Source: Ruditapes philippinarum
Taxonomy: Eukaryota
NCBI RefSeq assembly: GCF_026571515.1
Contig: NW_026863670.1
Span: 1 to 64,000 of the forward strand
Reading direction: 5' to 3'
Length of the DNA: 64,000 bases
Part shown: positions 25,603 through 39,839 of the stretch, piece by piece
How the letters are laid out: every line of letters starts with the position of its first letter
Position numbering within the stretch: position 1 is the stretch's first letter
The notes under the pieces: generated by a model
Database searches by the model: none
The model's input: the letters and a program-made list of their open reading frames with translations, nothing else
What the model was told of the DNA's origin: nothing
Position numbers and translations under genes: made by a program

Positions 25603-28124
25603 ATATCTTAAGCAATCACGTAACAGCTCATTATGAAACAAAAATTAACTCGCTAAAATTTAGGATCAGAATGATATTATTAGATAATATAAATATTTTA
25701 AAAAGAATACCTGCTTTAAGATGCCAGGCGTTACCCTGTCAGAAATCTGTCTTTGTGCTACACCGTCTGTAAAATTAACCAATAAACTTTATCAAATTGT
25801 TCAAACTAACAATAAAACACTTTTATTCAACTTTAACTTTATCCATTTATTTACACGTATATAATATCTAATAATTGATACTCCTGTAACTAAGGTGTTA
25901 ATTAAGTATCGATCAACTAAGTAAGAATTCCTTGTTAAAGATTTTATGTGCTGTCTATTGATATTATCACGTTCAGCGTTCATTAAACAATTGCATTCAG
26001 ATTACAATCAAATGATCGCATTTCCTACCACGTAGTAGTTTAATACGTCTATAGTTATGTCAAACCGGCATTTATTATAAGTTTATTCTGCTCTACAAAT
26101 GGAAAAAAACTATATAATGGCCGTCTTGTTCGTTCGCCCTTGTGTCTGCGTGTCTGTATGACTGGCCGCTTCCCGTCTTTTACACACTCATGTACGGTGA
26201 TAACTGAAAAATATTGAAGGAAGTTGATGAAAATTTCACACAATGATAGAGTTAAGTCGAAATTTTACATGTTAAAATGGCGAGGGCGCGCGGGGCGAAA
26301 ACACGCTCATCAGCGGGGTATGGGGCAAAACGTCGGGATCTAATTGTAATATTAATTAATTATTTGTAATATTAATTAATTAATTAATTAATTGTAATTA
26401 TATATTGTTATGGGCCGCGAAGAGAAATGTTTATCGTAATAGGGCGCTAATTAGAGTGCTGTTGTTCGCGCCTCCGGCAAATAATTCTTCAAAATCACGA
26501 CTTTTGCTCCGCGCCCTTGTTTATTAGCGCCCGCCGTTTTAGTAGTTAAAATCTCGACTTTTCGCACCGCGCTCCCGCTAATTAGTCATTAGTGGGGCAC
26601 GCATCACCACAATAACGTTCTTTTTTTTTTTTACCTTTTTTGTTCTTTTTCTCATATAAGAGCTATTTTATTCTAAGATAAATTAATATATTTTATTGCC
26701 GTATTTTTGTACCACTGAACCGGCTTACGAGGATTTACTGTAACATACAAGCGCGTTAAAAACGTTAAAACTATAGACGAAATTATACTTATCTATCAAA
26801 AAGTCAATTAAAGCTACTCAATCTTCCTATTAGAGATATATAACATATACTGTGTGTCAAACTACTTTCAAATTGTCTGTGCATTCTATTACAGTACTAT
26901 ACCAAGATATGTACCGTATAACTGGTTATTTCTGCTGATAGCTAACTTCTGCGATATTTTGCTGGTCCCCTCCGACCGCAAAAATTAAATTCGCAAATAT
27001 TTCGTAGTTTTATTTGTTATTTATCCCGTTTGTCACCTCAATTTAACTGTTAAATTAATCAATACACACAGCTGGTACCCTTTTGCTCTAGATAGAGAAA
27101 ATCGTTAAAGAAGTGTGAGATGTAATTCATATATGTATAGTCAATTTAACACAAAATATTTTACATGTAGTTTATCGAGTAATAAGTTTAGCAAGTTCGT
27201 GTTTGTAGGCTGTAAACTATCATTTTCGGTAGCTCTGCTAAAATACGAAAATGATTGCCGGATCCAAATTGTCCATTATCAGAAAGTTTGGCAGCTCGTG
27301 AAATAAATAATTGTAACACAATTGTTAAGGAATTAGGGTGATTCCGCTTTGTCATCCATGTTTTTTTTTAAAGTGAGAGTAGGCCAACATTTATATAACA
27401 ACAAAGCTCACAATGTAAAATTATGAACGATTAGCAATTTCACTTTTAAGGACTTTTTATAAACAAAAATAAAATGATTATAATAAGAAAATTTACATTG
27501 ACTGTGCTAGATTTCTGAAGACAAAGTACAATCTGTTGCAAAGTTTAAGTACATTTCATGAATGGCAAAATCCAGTTTAAAATCAGTTTTAGTGCAGACA
27601 AATGCTATTTTCTGCAGCAAATACAAAACACTTTTCAAAACATAATTCGATTTGATAATGTTATCATTGATAAGATAATTGTGCGAGTTCATTAGTGTGA
27701 TAGAAAATATGACTTCACAGTCATAGGATCGGAAACTTATCAAATTTCAAAATGATTTTGTTTTTAATGAGCATTTAACATAAGTCACAAGACAAAGACG
27801 AAAGTTGGATTAAAGATCAGATACTATTTGTAAAAAGTTTGTAAACATATTTTTTTTACTTTTAGTAACTATTTATGTTTATGTAATTTTATTGTATGTT
27901 TGATTGCAACACACATTATTTTCTATGGGAATTCATTTACATATTCAAACATGATGGATAAATCTGTTTTTAAGAGAAAAATATTATTCTTATTTGGAGT
28001 TTCAGTTTTAGGTTTTCTTATCTTTCTCGGGCGGATAGTCAAATATTTAGCATCCGAATATATTTACTGTACTCACAATTATAATGCAGACGAGTTATGC
28101 GCAGAATGTATCAACAAAAGGCCT

Positions 28125-30624
28125 TGTAACACCGCACTTTGGGGTCAAACGCACTTTGGGGTCCGACCCCAAAGTGCGTTACGTACTTTGGGGTCCGACC
28201 CCAGAGTGCGTTACGCACTTTGGGGTCCAATTTCGACCCCAAAGTGCGTTAAACAGGTACATATGCATTTTTTAACATCAGGCAAACGACCGCACTTTGG
28301 GGTCATAGAAAATTAATGCTCATTATGTTTTAAATAATATATAGTAGTTAAAGTGAATGGTTAACAAACATCAAGGTATTAAATAGGCGCAAAACATGTG
28401 TCCTGGATTATAGTAGAATCAATAGGGATTAAAATGGTCTTGATTAGTAAGTGAAGAACTTTCAACAAATAAATCACTTAATAAAGAATTTGTATCAATT
28501 ATTAAGCTTAAAATATTTCATTTTCTCAAATTGTCCATTTATTTTCAAAGAATGTACACCGTTCATTAACTCCTTTGATTTTAGATAAATGGGTTATTTT
28601 CCCGTTTTTTTATTTACACATTTTATAGAAATACAATAGTCTTAGCATAGACAAAGGAATAAATTCTGGGCAATCTTAGTAAGACATTTCAGTAAAACAA
28701 GTGCCTGAAAATATGTTGAAAGAGCCTTTATTTAGCTAAATGTGACATATAATAAACTTGACTAGGTGTAGATGCGACTTTAAATAGTAGTCCGTACAGG
28801 CAGTACTAAAAATATCAACTATTTAAGTAGTCGCATATTAAGAGCGGAGCTTCAGAATGATGTAAAATTCGCACTGGGGGTATAGAGGGGATTGTGGGGT
28901 TTCGGTCCCCCCCCCCCCCGAGGGTTAAAAATAACTTTTTAAATGCCTATTATGCTTTTATTTGTTTTTCTAAAAAGCTTTTTTATTCTGATGTTTTTCT
29001 ATATAATCCAAAAAAATACACATTGGTCAATTACCTGAACTGTTGCATTTTTGGCAATGATGAGTACAGTTATAGTAAATTAGTATTTTATATGGAAGTA
29101 AAATACTACATTGTTTTGTCTACTTTTATGACAAATAATTTCACATTGATCGCTACTTTATTCAGGTAAACAAGCATCTTACATTTCTCTGATACCATTG
29201 TTTTAACATATAATATATTCATGTTTGCTCTTTCTAAAGAAGTATGAAAGATTATCCATTAAAAAAAAGCCTCTGGCGGACGGTTGTTACGGAGCTTACA
29301 AAAACCTTAAAGTTTGTTGATAAGCTTAATAATGTATTTGTAAAAATCACTTTTTACAGTCCGATCGAAAAACTTATGTTCACCAGAACATTGCAATAGA
29401 GTAAATTTATAGTTCTTTGGAAAAATATTAACTGCATTTTGTTTCATTTCCAACATATTTAAAAATGGGGCTCAATATGGCACAAAATTATCAAGTAAAT
29501 GACTGACCAGAACGGGACATTTTTCGCAGCATTGTTAATTTTAAGAATACAAATTTCTGTAAATTACAGTACCCCATTGCAAATGCCATTTGCAAATGCC
29601 AACATTTTCATTTTGGAGGTATCAAAAAAAATAACAACACTTATAGTATATATAATAGTCCGCGTAAACCCAAAGAAAGGTTCTGCCTATTGTCTCGATG
29701 TAGTTAACATTTTACACAAGGTGTCTGAAAATCATTAAAGGGTTTTGGAGTTCAGGAGCGGACATGAACCCTAAGTCTTAATTCTTTGACCTGTAGGTTG
29801 ATCCCCGACCTTGAGCCGGCACACCTGGCATATAAGTTCTGCACATTATCTGGATGTGCTGAAAAATTGACCCAATTTTTCATAAAAATCCTTCAAAGCT
29901 TTAAGCATTTTTTTTCTAAATCAGTGGAATATAAGGACCTTTAAATAAAATACATATAATTTAAAAATGGGCCGAAAAGGGTCTGCCGTAACCAGACTTG
30001 ACCAGCCGAAAACGACTGCGCCGATTCCAAAAATGGGCCGAAATGTTGACCAAACCACTGTGCTAGTTTTATACTCAACTATAGGCTGTTATGAGATGTG
30101 AAGGCTGTTTTGATTGGCTAAAATATGTACGAAAAACAAAAATTAGATATGTACAAAAAACTAAAATAAGCTATGAATGCAAAACTAAAAATAAAAAAAA
30201 TGTATGCCAAACTAACAAACAATATGTATGCAAAACTAAAAAAAAAAAATGCAAATGTCATTTTATGCCACCGTAATTTTGTTATATGAACACAATTTTT
30301 AGATATTTCAAGTGGTAAAATTTATGAAACTTTTTATCACTTAAGCATCATCAAAGTATTGACCGCCATTTTGAAATCCACCTCAAATATTTCAATGTCG
30401 CAGATCGAAAAATAAGTCAGTACTCAGTATTTAAGCAGAACTCAGATGACACCTTTAGACCTCTGGAACCCAAAGTGCGTTGATATGTAGCATATTAACG
30501 CACTTTGGGGTCAATTTCTCGATTTTGACCCCAAAGTGTGTTGGACCCCAAAGTGCGGTGCGAAGTTTAACGCACTTTGGGGTCGGACCCCAAAGTGCGT
30601 TTGACCCCAAAGTGCGGTGTTACA
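28125..30624. mobile_element. 2.5-kb non-autonomous TIR transposon (57-bp perfect TIRs, TGT...ACA ends) inserted in GT32 exon 1
   Basis: AGGCCT is duplicated at 28119-28124 and 30625-30630. The empty site AAAAGGCCTCAC is in copy 2 at ~34175. The subterminal motif CGCACTTTGGGGTC is repeated in both orientations. No transposase ORF. Confidence 0.95.
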
Positions 30625-31844
30625 AGGCCTCACACTCCCATTCCGGGTAAAATACCACAACACATTCATCAAATCTTTTTCTATGAAACAAGCAGTCATC
30701 TACCAGATAAACTTGTAAAAGCTAAAAATAGTTGGATACAGTACCATCCGAACTACACGTACACTTTATGGAACAAAACTTCTATAAAAAGTCTTTTAGA
30801 AAGAGAGTATCCGTTCCTAAGGAAACTTTACGACAGTTATGGGAACTGGGTCAGACGAGCTGACGTTGCACGTTATCTCGTGCTTTATCATTATGGAGGC
30901 TGGTATGTGGACATGGACGTTGCTTGCCGTCGAAGGTGAATGGGTTTGATCCTTTATTTTATATTGCAAGTTTATTATGGAAAGTAACAATTTTCACTTT
31001 ATATAAACATTGTATGGTTAGTTCTTACTTTAATCGAATTATGTAATAGATATTTTTTTTTCAAATAGGGTTCAATACGGAAACATTGTTCAGTATAATA
31101 TATTCTTTAATTCATTTTAACTAATAGAAAAACTTAAAGAATATTTTCTTGAAAAATTAATTCTTGATTTTTGTCTGTTTGCTGTTATATTTAGATTTTT
31201 CAATATTTTAGCCATTGGTTCTAGGTACATGCATAATAAAACAATTAGTGTGTTCATTTCTCTTTGCATGTGTCACACATAATTATCCGAGCTCATTTTT
31301 TTCAAAGATTGTACCTATGTAAAATGATTTATAATATCTCATAATATTATCAAGTTAGAAACAAATTACCGGTGTGTTTTAAATAAATAATGATATGCCA
31401 TAGGGAAAAAATATAGGTAAATGTATGCATGATAGAAATGACTGTTGCCTATTAACTTAATTTTCTGCATTATGTTTTGACTTGGTTTTAAAACCACATT
31501 TACTTTTAAGGTTGTTGTGGTAGGGAAGGTCTACCAAACGGTGTGTCAATGATACCTTAAATATAGAAATACTTACTTTGTAGTGTCATGGTCTATTTCT
31601 TTATATGGCACCACAAATATGGGAAATTTATTAATTTAATTGTCTAAGTTGCACGAACGTGTTTCTCCACTGAGTTTAAATGGATATGATATCATTTAAG
31701 AGGCTGATGGGATAGCTCTTGTAACGCAAAGACAAACTCATATCAATTAAAAAAAAAACTATCAGGGTGACATCGACATGCACCTCGCAACTCAAAATGT
31801 CTCCTTGTCATGCTATTTATGTACATGTATTTAACGTACACTTA

Positions 31845-32436
31845 AACCCCAGTCACACTAGTGCTTACGACTACTTGCGACCACCGGCGACTTGTAAAAC
31901 TGACGATCATTAGCGATTGTCTGCGACTAAAACCATTTTTGCACAAATAAATTTACTTTTGCTAGTATCGTAAGACAAATCATCATTGACAATCGCACGA
32001 CAGCTCATAAGTAAACGTACGATGGTCTCAAGATTGCCTGGAATTACTTACGACTACCCGTGACATAACATGCGATCACCTACAACTTGTCGTACGACCA
32101 TCACACGATTACTAAAGACTACTTAAGATTATCAGTGACTAGTGGAAATTTGTAAAGACTGTCGTAAGATTGTCGCAATTCCGAACGACCATCGTGCGAC
32201 AGCCTTAAGACCTTATAATATCACTAGCAACCTGTTTGATCGCAAGGAGATTTTTGTGCAAGCTCAAAAACCTCTCTACGACTGAAATTGGTCGTGGGAC
32301 CTAAATAAGATAACCTGCGATTGTCAAAGATCACCGATGACCGTCGTAAGACGTTTTTAAGATTGTCTGCGACCAGAGGTCACTGGTGATCGTCAACTGG
32401 TCTTCACTGGTCGTAAGCTCTAATGTTACTGGGGGT
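31845..32436. mobile_element. PIF/Harbinger-type MITE in GT32 copy 1, intron 1
   Basis: TIR AACCCCAGTCACACTAGTGCTTACGAC / GTCGTAAGCTCTAATGTTACTGGGGGT. TTA target duplication. Empty site GTACACTTACTGGTCATC in copy 4 at ~56451. Confidence 0.85.
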
Positions 32437-34007
32437 TTACTGGTCATCTATATATGTAAATTTTAATAGGGTTATAATTGTATCTTACAGTGTGAGAACT
32501 TTAGAACAAGAGGCACAGGAACTCAATAAAACTGCAATTCTCCGGTTAACCGAGCCAGTTGGATTTTCTAACGATTTTATTGGGATTTCTGAACGTCATC
32601 CATTTTTATTTTCCGTCCTGACGTCACTCCACATGTCCAATAGATGGTTTATTTTTCCATACGCCAATACCATGTTTTCTACAGGTAGGAACGTTAACGC
32701 TTTCTTATTTATCTAATATGTCAAAGACAAAATTAAACTCAAAGAAACTAACCAATCTCCTAATCTTTCTCTGGTATGTGTTTTATGAATGTCAAAAATT
32801 GGAATTTGAGAATTTTTCGAAATTAAGATTATGAAATGAAACTGTGGTGACATGTTCTGTCGTAGAAATGTACTTTTCATCCTTAAAAAGGTGATTTTTT
32901 ATCCAATGAAGTGTTTTCATTCAGCAATGACTGATGCGACAAACTCTGTGGTTAAATCGGTGATTATTTTATTACGGTGAACTCAGCTTATAATAATTAT
33001 CAAAATTGACTGAATACACCGTTCTTACATTAAATTAAATTTGATGTAAAACCTTCTGTTTCCTGACCCAAATAGTTAAAATGATGTTAAAATAAAGAAT
33101 ATTTAACGCAGATGCCAATTGTTAAATACATGTTGGTCTATATCAACATTTTGATGTTTTTCATTAACAGGACCAACGTTCCTATGGGGACGGTACCTAA
33201 ACTACCGGGACCAGAATCAATTCTACATCATAAATAACTCGTCCTACAGCAACTATCTCGTGTTAATGCACAATTCATCATGGCATAGTTGGACGGAATT
33301 ATTGTATGGTACCTGTTTCGGGACACGCGCATGCTCCTTGTCGTGATGACGTCATTAGCGTTCTTATTATGCGTGACGCTGTTTTTGTGTAAATATAGTG
33401 GTGTTTGCTCACTGACAAGTATACTAGATATAGAATTGCTCACTGACAAGTATACTGGATATAGAAAGCGTTCAGTATAAGTTGAAGAAATTTATTTGAA
33501 AATATCAGCTCTATGTTGTAAAGCAGAAAATCGATTTTAAAACACATTTCGTTTTGTCAATAAAAGCAGTAGAGAAGTAGAATAAATGTCTTACTGTAAC
33601 AATAAATCTGCTTTCCTTAATAATATCTGTCATATGTTACGGTTTAGTTCGAAATACCTGTTCCATGGGTACCCCGCCCATTGGGCGGTAACGAGGCTTG
33701 CCGAAATAACTATTGGATCAATGTCTTCGCACAACCTTCAAACCAAGACCAGTTGAAACCCGTACATTCCCGAATTAAAACAATACTAGTATTACAATTC
33801 TTTCTTATCCATGACAGTTCGTGATCAACAGATGTAAGAAATTCACATATTTTAAAATATTTTAAAAGTAAAGTTATGCCAATCCGTGACAGTACGCCCA
33901 CGTATTTTTACACTAGATCACAAATGACACAGGTTCTACGAAGGCTTATTGTATGTTTGATTGCAACACACATTATTTTCTATGGGAATTCATTTACATA
34001 TTCAAAC

Positions 34008-36057
34008 ATGATGGATAAATCTGTTTTTAAGAGAAAAATATTATTCTTGTTTGGAGTTTCAGTTTTAGGTTTTCTTATCTTTCTCGGGCGGATAGTCAAA
34101 TATTTAGCATCCGAATATATTTACTGTACTCACAATTATAATACAGACGAGTTATGCGCAGAATGTATCAACAAAAGGCCTCACACTCCCATTCCGGGTA
34201 AAATACCACAACACATTCATCAAATCTTTTTCTATGAAACAAGCAGTCATCTACCAGATAAACTTGTAAAAGCTAAAAATAGTTGGATACAGTACCATCC
34301 GAACTACACGTACACTTTATGGAACAAAACTTCTATAAAAAGTCTTTTAGAAAGAGAGTATCCGTTCCTAAGGAAACTTTACGACAGTAGAGTAAATAGG
34401 GTTCTATACGGAAACATTGTTCAGTATAATATATTCTTTAATTCATTTTAACTAATAGAAAAACTTAAAGAATATTTTCTTGAAAAATTAATTCTTGATT
34501 TTTGTCTGTTTGCTGTTATATTTAGATTTTTCAATATTTTAGCCATTGGTTCTAGGTACATGCATAATAAAACGATTAGTGTGTTCATTTCTCTTTGCAT
34601 GTATCACACATAATTATCCGAGCTCATTTTTTTCAAAGATTGTAACTATGTAAAATGATTTATAATATCTCATAAAATTATCAAGTTAGAAACAAATTAC
34701 CGGTGTGTTTTAAATAAATAATGATATGTCATAGGGAAAAAATATAGGTAAATGTATGCATGATAGAAATGACTGTTGCCTATTAACTTAATTTTCTGCA
34801 TTATGTTTTGACTTGGTTTTAAAACTACATTTACTTTTAAGGTTGTTGTGGTAGGGAAGGTCTACCAAACGGTGTGTCAATGATACCTTAAATATAGAAA
34901 TACTTACTTTGTAGTGTCATGGTCTATTTCTTTATATGGCACCACAAATATGGGATCACTGGTGATCGTGAACTGGTCTTCACTGGTCGTAAGCTCTAAT
35001 GTTACTGGGGGTTTACTGGTCATCTATATATGTAAATTTTAATAGGGTTATAATTTTATCTTACAGTGTGAGAACTTTAGAACAAGAGGCACAGGAACTC
35101 AATAAAACTGCAATTCTCAGGTTAACCGAGCCAGTTGGATTTTCTAACGATTTTATTGGGATTTCTGAACGTCATCCATTTTTATTTTCCGTCCTGACGT
35201 CACTCCACATGTCAAATAGATGGTTTATTTTTCCATACGCCAATACCATGTTTTCTACAGGTAGTAACGTTAACGCTTTCTTATTTATCTAATATGTCAA
35301 AGACAATATTAAACTCAAAGAAACTTACCAATCTCCCAATCTTTCTCTGGTATGTGTTTTATGAATGTCAAAAATTGGAATTTGAGAATTTTTCGAAATT
35401 AAGATTATGAAATGAAACTGTGGTGACATGTTCTGTCGTAGAAATGTACTTTTCATCCATAAAAAGGTGATTTTTTATCCAATAAAGTGTTTTCATTCAG
35501 CAATGACTGATGCGACAAACTCTGTGGTTAAATCGGTGATTATTTTATTACGGTGAACTCAGCTTATAATAATTATCAAAATTGACTGAATACACCGTTC
35601 TTACATTAAATTAAATTTGATGTAAAACCTTCTGTTTCCTGACCCAAATAGTTAAAATGATGTTAAAATAAAGAATATTTAACGCAGATGCCAATTGTTA
35701 AATACATGTTGGTCTATATCAACATTTTGATGTTTTTCATTAACAGGACCAACGTTCCTATGGGGACGGTACCTAAACTACCGGGACCAGAATCAATTCT
35801 ACATCATAAATAACTCGTCCTACAGCAACTATCTCGTGTTAATGCACAATTCATCATGGCATAGTTGGGACGGAATTATTGTATGGTACCTGTTTCGGGA
35901 CACGCGCATGCTCCTTGTCGTGATGACGTCATTAGCGTTCTTATTATGCGTGACGCTGTTTTTGTGTAAATATAGTGGTGTTTGCTCACTGACAAGTATA
36001 CTAGATATAGAATTGCTCACTGACAAGTATACTAGATATAGAAAACGTTCAGTATAA
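34008..36057 (+). pseudogene. GT32 SUR1/CSG1-like mannosyltransferase, copy 2 (catalytic segment deleted)
   Basis: Near-identical to copy 1 without the transposon. A ~225-bp deletion at ~34388 removes RRADVARY...GGWYVDMD (the DxD motif) and the exon 1 donor. Exons 35067-35260 and 35747-36057 are intact. Confidence 0.85.
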
Positions 36058-36334
36058 GTTGAAGCAATTTATTTGAAAATATCAGCTCTATGTTGTAAAG
36101 CAGAAAATCGATTTTAAAACACATTTCGTTTTGTCAATAAAAGCAGTAGAGAAGTAGAATAAATGTCTTACTGTAACAATAAATCTGCTTTCCTTAATAA
36201 TATCTGTCATATGTTACGGTTTAGTTCGAAATACCTGTTCCATGGGTACCCCGCCCATTGGGCGGTAAAGAGGCTTGCCGATATAACTATTGGATCAACG
36301 TCTTCGCACAACCTTCAAACCAAGACCAGTTGAA

Positions 36335-36870
36335 ACCCGTACATTCCCGAATTAAAACAATATTACAATTCTTTCTTATCCATTACAGTTCGTGATCAAC
36401 AGATGTAAGAAATTCACATGTTTTAAAATATTTTAAAAGTAAAGTTATGCCAATCCGTTACAGTACGCCCACGTATTTTTACACTAGATCACAAATGACA
36501 CAGGTTCTACGAAGGCTTCGCATGCATTGTAGCAAACTAAATCATCACCTTTTTATTCGTAATATAGTCCAATCTCCCTTTTGTCATTGTGAAAACCTGA
36601 AAACTATTATCATTATCTTCTCGAATTTCACTTTTACAGTTGCCACCGTATTTACCTTCTTACAAAAGTGCGTCAAATTACTCAAAATGTCTTTCTCCAT
36701 ACTCTCCTGTTCGGGGAAGCTTCTCTTTCTCAGTCTGGTAATGCGGAGTTATTTCTGGCCGTCCAAAAATAGTTTGAAAGTGGGAGGTTTGCTTGACAAC
36801 TTAATATCGCATAGTAGAACCTACGCTTTAACTAAAACATAGGTACACACTTATAATTTATAGTTAATTA
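36335..36870 (+). mobile_element. LINE 3'-end relic (RT C-terminal Cys/His region); duplicated at ~33755-33947 and ~47500-48030
   Basis: RLRMHCSKLNHHLF..NIVQSPFCHC motif, typical of the C-terminus of LINE ORF2. Confidence 0.65.
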
Positions 36871-39839
36871 TTGTCTATATTCTGACATTTATATTATGAA
36901 TTACTAATGTTTTTTCAAAACTATTTTATTATCAACATTCACACATGATTGTTTCATGGTTTGTTATCACACATGAAACTTTGTTTATGGTATTGCATAT
37001 TTTCCATCATCGACCAATAACATTAAATGTCCTTTTTATTTGCAAATAAAATGTTGAAACCATTGATGCAACTATTTCACATGTAAGGTGCATTACAAAA
37101 TGATGCAGTCGTGTATTCTCATTCTTTTGTTGGTTCTGCTCAAGTTCCAGGAGTGAAGCTGAAAAATCGCTATATGACCTGTATTTGTGAGACGTTTTAA
37201 TGTCTAAAAACTAATTAGTACTTTGATTGTCCGAATTAGAAGTTATAAAAAACTTATCAGGTAAATTTTAAGTTTTATATGTATTTTTTAGAAGGTACTA
37301 AGTTCAAATTAAACCTTACTAGGCTTAAAAATAAAAATGATTTAAACAAGTTTATATGAACATTAAGATTGTGCTACCTAAACAATTTTATAAATGGTTG
37401 CCAGTATAAATGATTTTCGATCATGCGACCACATACATGCACAGAGGGCGTGCGATCATATACACGAATCACAGGAATCCCCTTCTTATATTAGAAAGGG
37501 ACAAAGAGTTGTCCTCCCTTTATTTAAAGGGTAGATGTGAAAGACATATAGCGATTCCTTATTAATAAGTAGGCTTATTTTCACAGTCATGTTTAGAATC
37601 GGTTTATATACAAGCAATGCAAACCATGCAAGCAGGGTATCAGTTTACGTCTTCTTGGACATTTTTAGTTTAACGTTGTTTCTTCTTTTATTTCTATGTA
37701 TATAGCAAACTTATTTAAATCTTGTATAAAAAAACGACCGTTTCAAACAAATTTTATATGCACTAAATATGAGAGATCTATGGTGTCTGATTTGTGCCCT
37801 TCGTGTTTTCGTCACGCGACCCGCCATGCGAAAAGTCGAGAGTCAACAAGTTGAAATGGCGGGGACGCGGAGAGAAAACACGCTTATGAGCGGAAGGGAG
37901 GGCGGGGGAGGGGGGCTAATTAGCGTGTTTATATCTTCATGTCTATGTAACTGTATCTTGTATCATAGTTTGGAGACCTTTCTGTTGAAAATGTGCCAGG
38001 GTTAAATCGTCTACATATACATGTACAGTGCGTTAACTGGAGTGCGGGTATTAGTTACCCGCACTCCAGAGCATCCCCATTGATTGGCTTATTTTTGCTG
38101 GGGTTTACATATTGTGACCACAGAGAAAGGAAAGCGACAGAAATGTCATATTCAGATGTTCGTTCATTGGTTCATTTTTGCCGGGGTTTCATATTGTCAC
38201 AACAGGGATCGTGCTTTTGTGTTTGACTATGATACAAAAGAGAAAGAACACTAAAACACTTGGCAATCTGATTAATACTCGGGGGCTACGCCCCCTTGTA
38301 CAAATCAGATAGCCTCGTGTTTCGGTGCTCTTTCTATTACATATGCCTTTTAACAGACACCTGTTACGTTTTTTCAAGATAGAAAAGTTTTCGATGCCAA
38401 AAGTGCATGCAGATGCATGTTTTAATGACACAAAGTAAGCGTATTTTCAAATCAGTCGGAGTCCAACAATTCAATGTCACATTTAATTTTCTTTAAAACA
38501 TATCGAATAACCCTACGTCTATGAACTCAACAGTGAGTGACATAACAAATTACCTACATAAGGAAATTTGGCATTGCGAATCTTGTTTGTACTATACGTG
38601 TTTTGACAATAAAAAGCTTTTTCGATGCAACTTCCGCATTAATATTTTTTCTGTCATCTGAATATTTTTACAAATGAGACTCGCCATCACAAAACAAACA
38701 TAATGCAAGGAAAATTAAATAAGACTTGATCTTCCGTTCAAATACTTTATTTTGTAATGTTTTTAAATATAAAAGTGTTTGATTTGTAAATGTATATAAT
38801 TATTTATTTGTATATATTCGGGAAATAAATGTGTTTAAATCATTTAATATTTACAAAAATTATCTGTCAATTTTTTATTTAGAATAACCATTTAAAGGAT
38901 TAAATACTAATATCTAAATACCTAAATATTGATGTTACAGTAATGAATTTGAATATATGTTGGGATAAAGTGTATTTTTTTATGCAAGGCTTGAAATAGA
39001 ATAGTGATTATTTCCCCTCCCGGTGCCTACCCACATCAGTCACTGCTTCTCACAGATATAGATTGCACAAAAAAGAACATATTTTTCTTAAATAATCATA
39101 TTTTTTTTGCAATCTGAGAAGTATATTGAATAAGACTTTAAAATGTCTATTTATATAAAAAAATCTATACCCGATCCAAGCTGGTGCAGGAGGGGATGCA
39201 AAGATACTTTCAAAGTTGCCTGAAATGATATACGTAAGTTGGAATACAGCTGTTACTTTCCATAAAGCGCATTATACTCCATCTTTTATTGTTATTTTTC
39301 AAAAGCCTTTTACTGGTGATATACATTTATAGTCTCCTAAAACTTACTTATGGTCCAATTACCGAAACCATCTTTTTCTGCTGTTGCATACTAGCAATAA
39401 GTACAGATATGATAAAACATGATGTCAAAATAACACCTTTTTTACATTTTGTTGCTTTAATGACATATTTATTAATTAATCCCTAATTTCCTAAGGTAAC
39501 CAGTATATAACATGCTCTTGAACCATGATAAATATAAACTCCATAGAACTCAATTCCAAATATATAAAGATTTACTTGTCTCTGAAGCATAATATGACTT
39601 TAAATAATCCAATGATCTACAATTTTCAGTATGTATGAATAACTTTATGCTTCTCTCGGGATTGATTATCTTAATAGTGTTGTTATTAATATATTTTCTA
39701 AGATTTAACAGTTTTATACATGCTATGTCTCAAAGCATGTGTATACATGTATTATTTATCTCCATCATTAATTTAATTTGATTCAATGAATTCGATAATT
39801 CAACCAAACTTTGCAAACTTTCTTGAATCCTTACTGGTA

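Larger units (their letters stand above)
27951..33480 (+). pseudogene. GT32 SUR1/CSG1-like mannosyltransferase, copy 1 (disrupted)
   Basis: Exons 27951-30935 (split by a 2.5-kb insertion), 32491-32684 and 33171-33480. A 1-nt deletion at ~33292 (AGTTGGACGG versus AGTTGGGACGG in copies 2-4) also frameshifts the C-terminal TM segment. Confidence 0.85.

Noticed and set aside
28257-30612. Splicing that removes the 2.5-kb insertion and rescues GT32 copy 1
   Set aside because: A donor exists (CAG|GTAC), but the only in-frame AG lacks a pyrimidine tract, and copy 1 has a second frameshift in exon 3.
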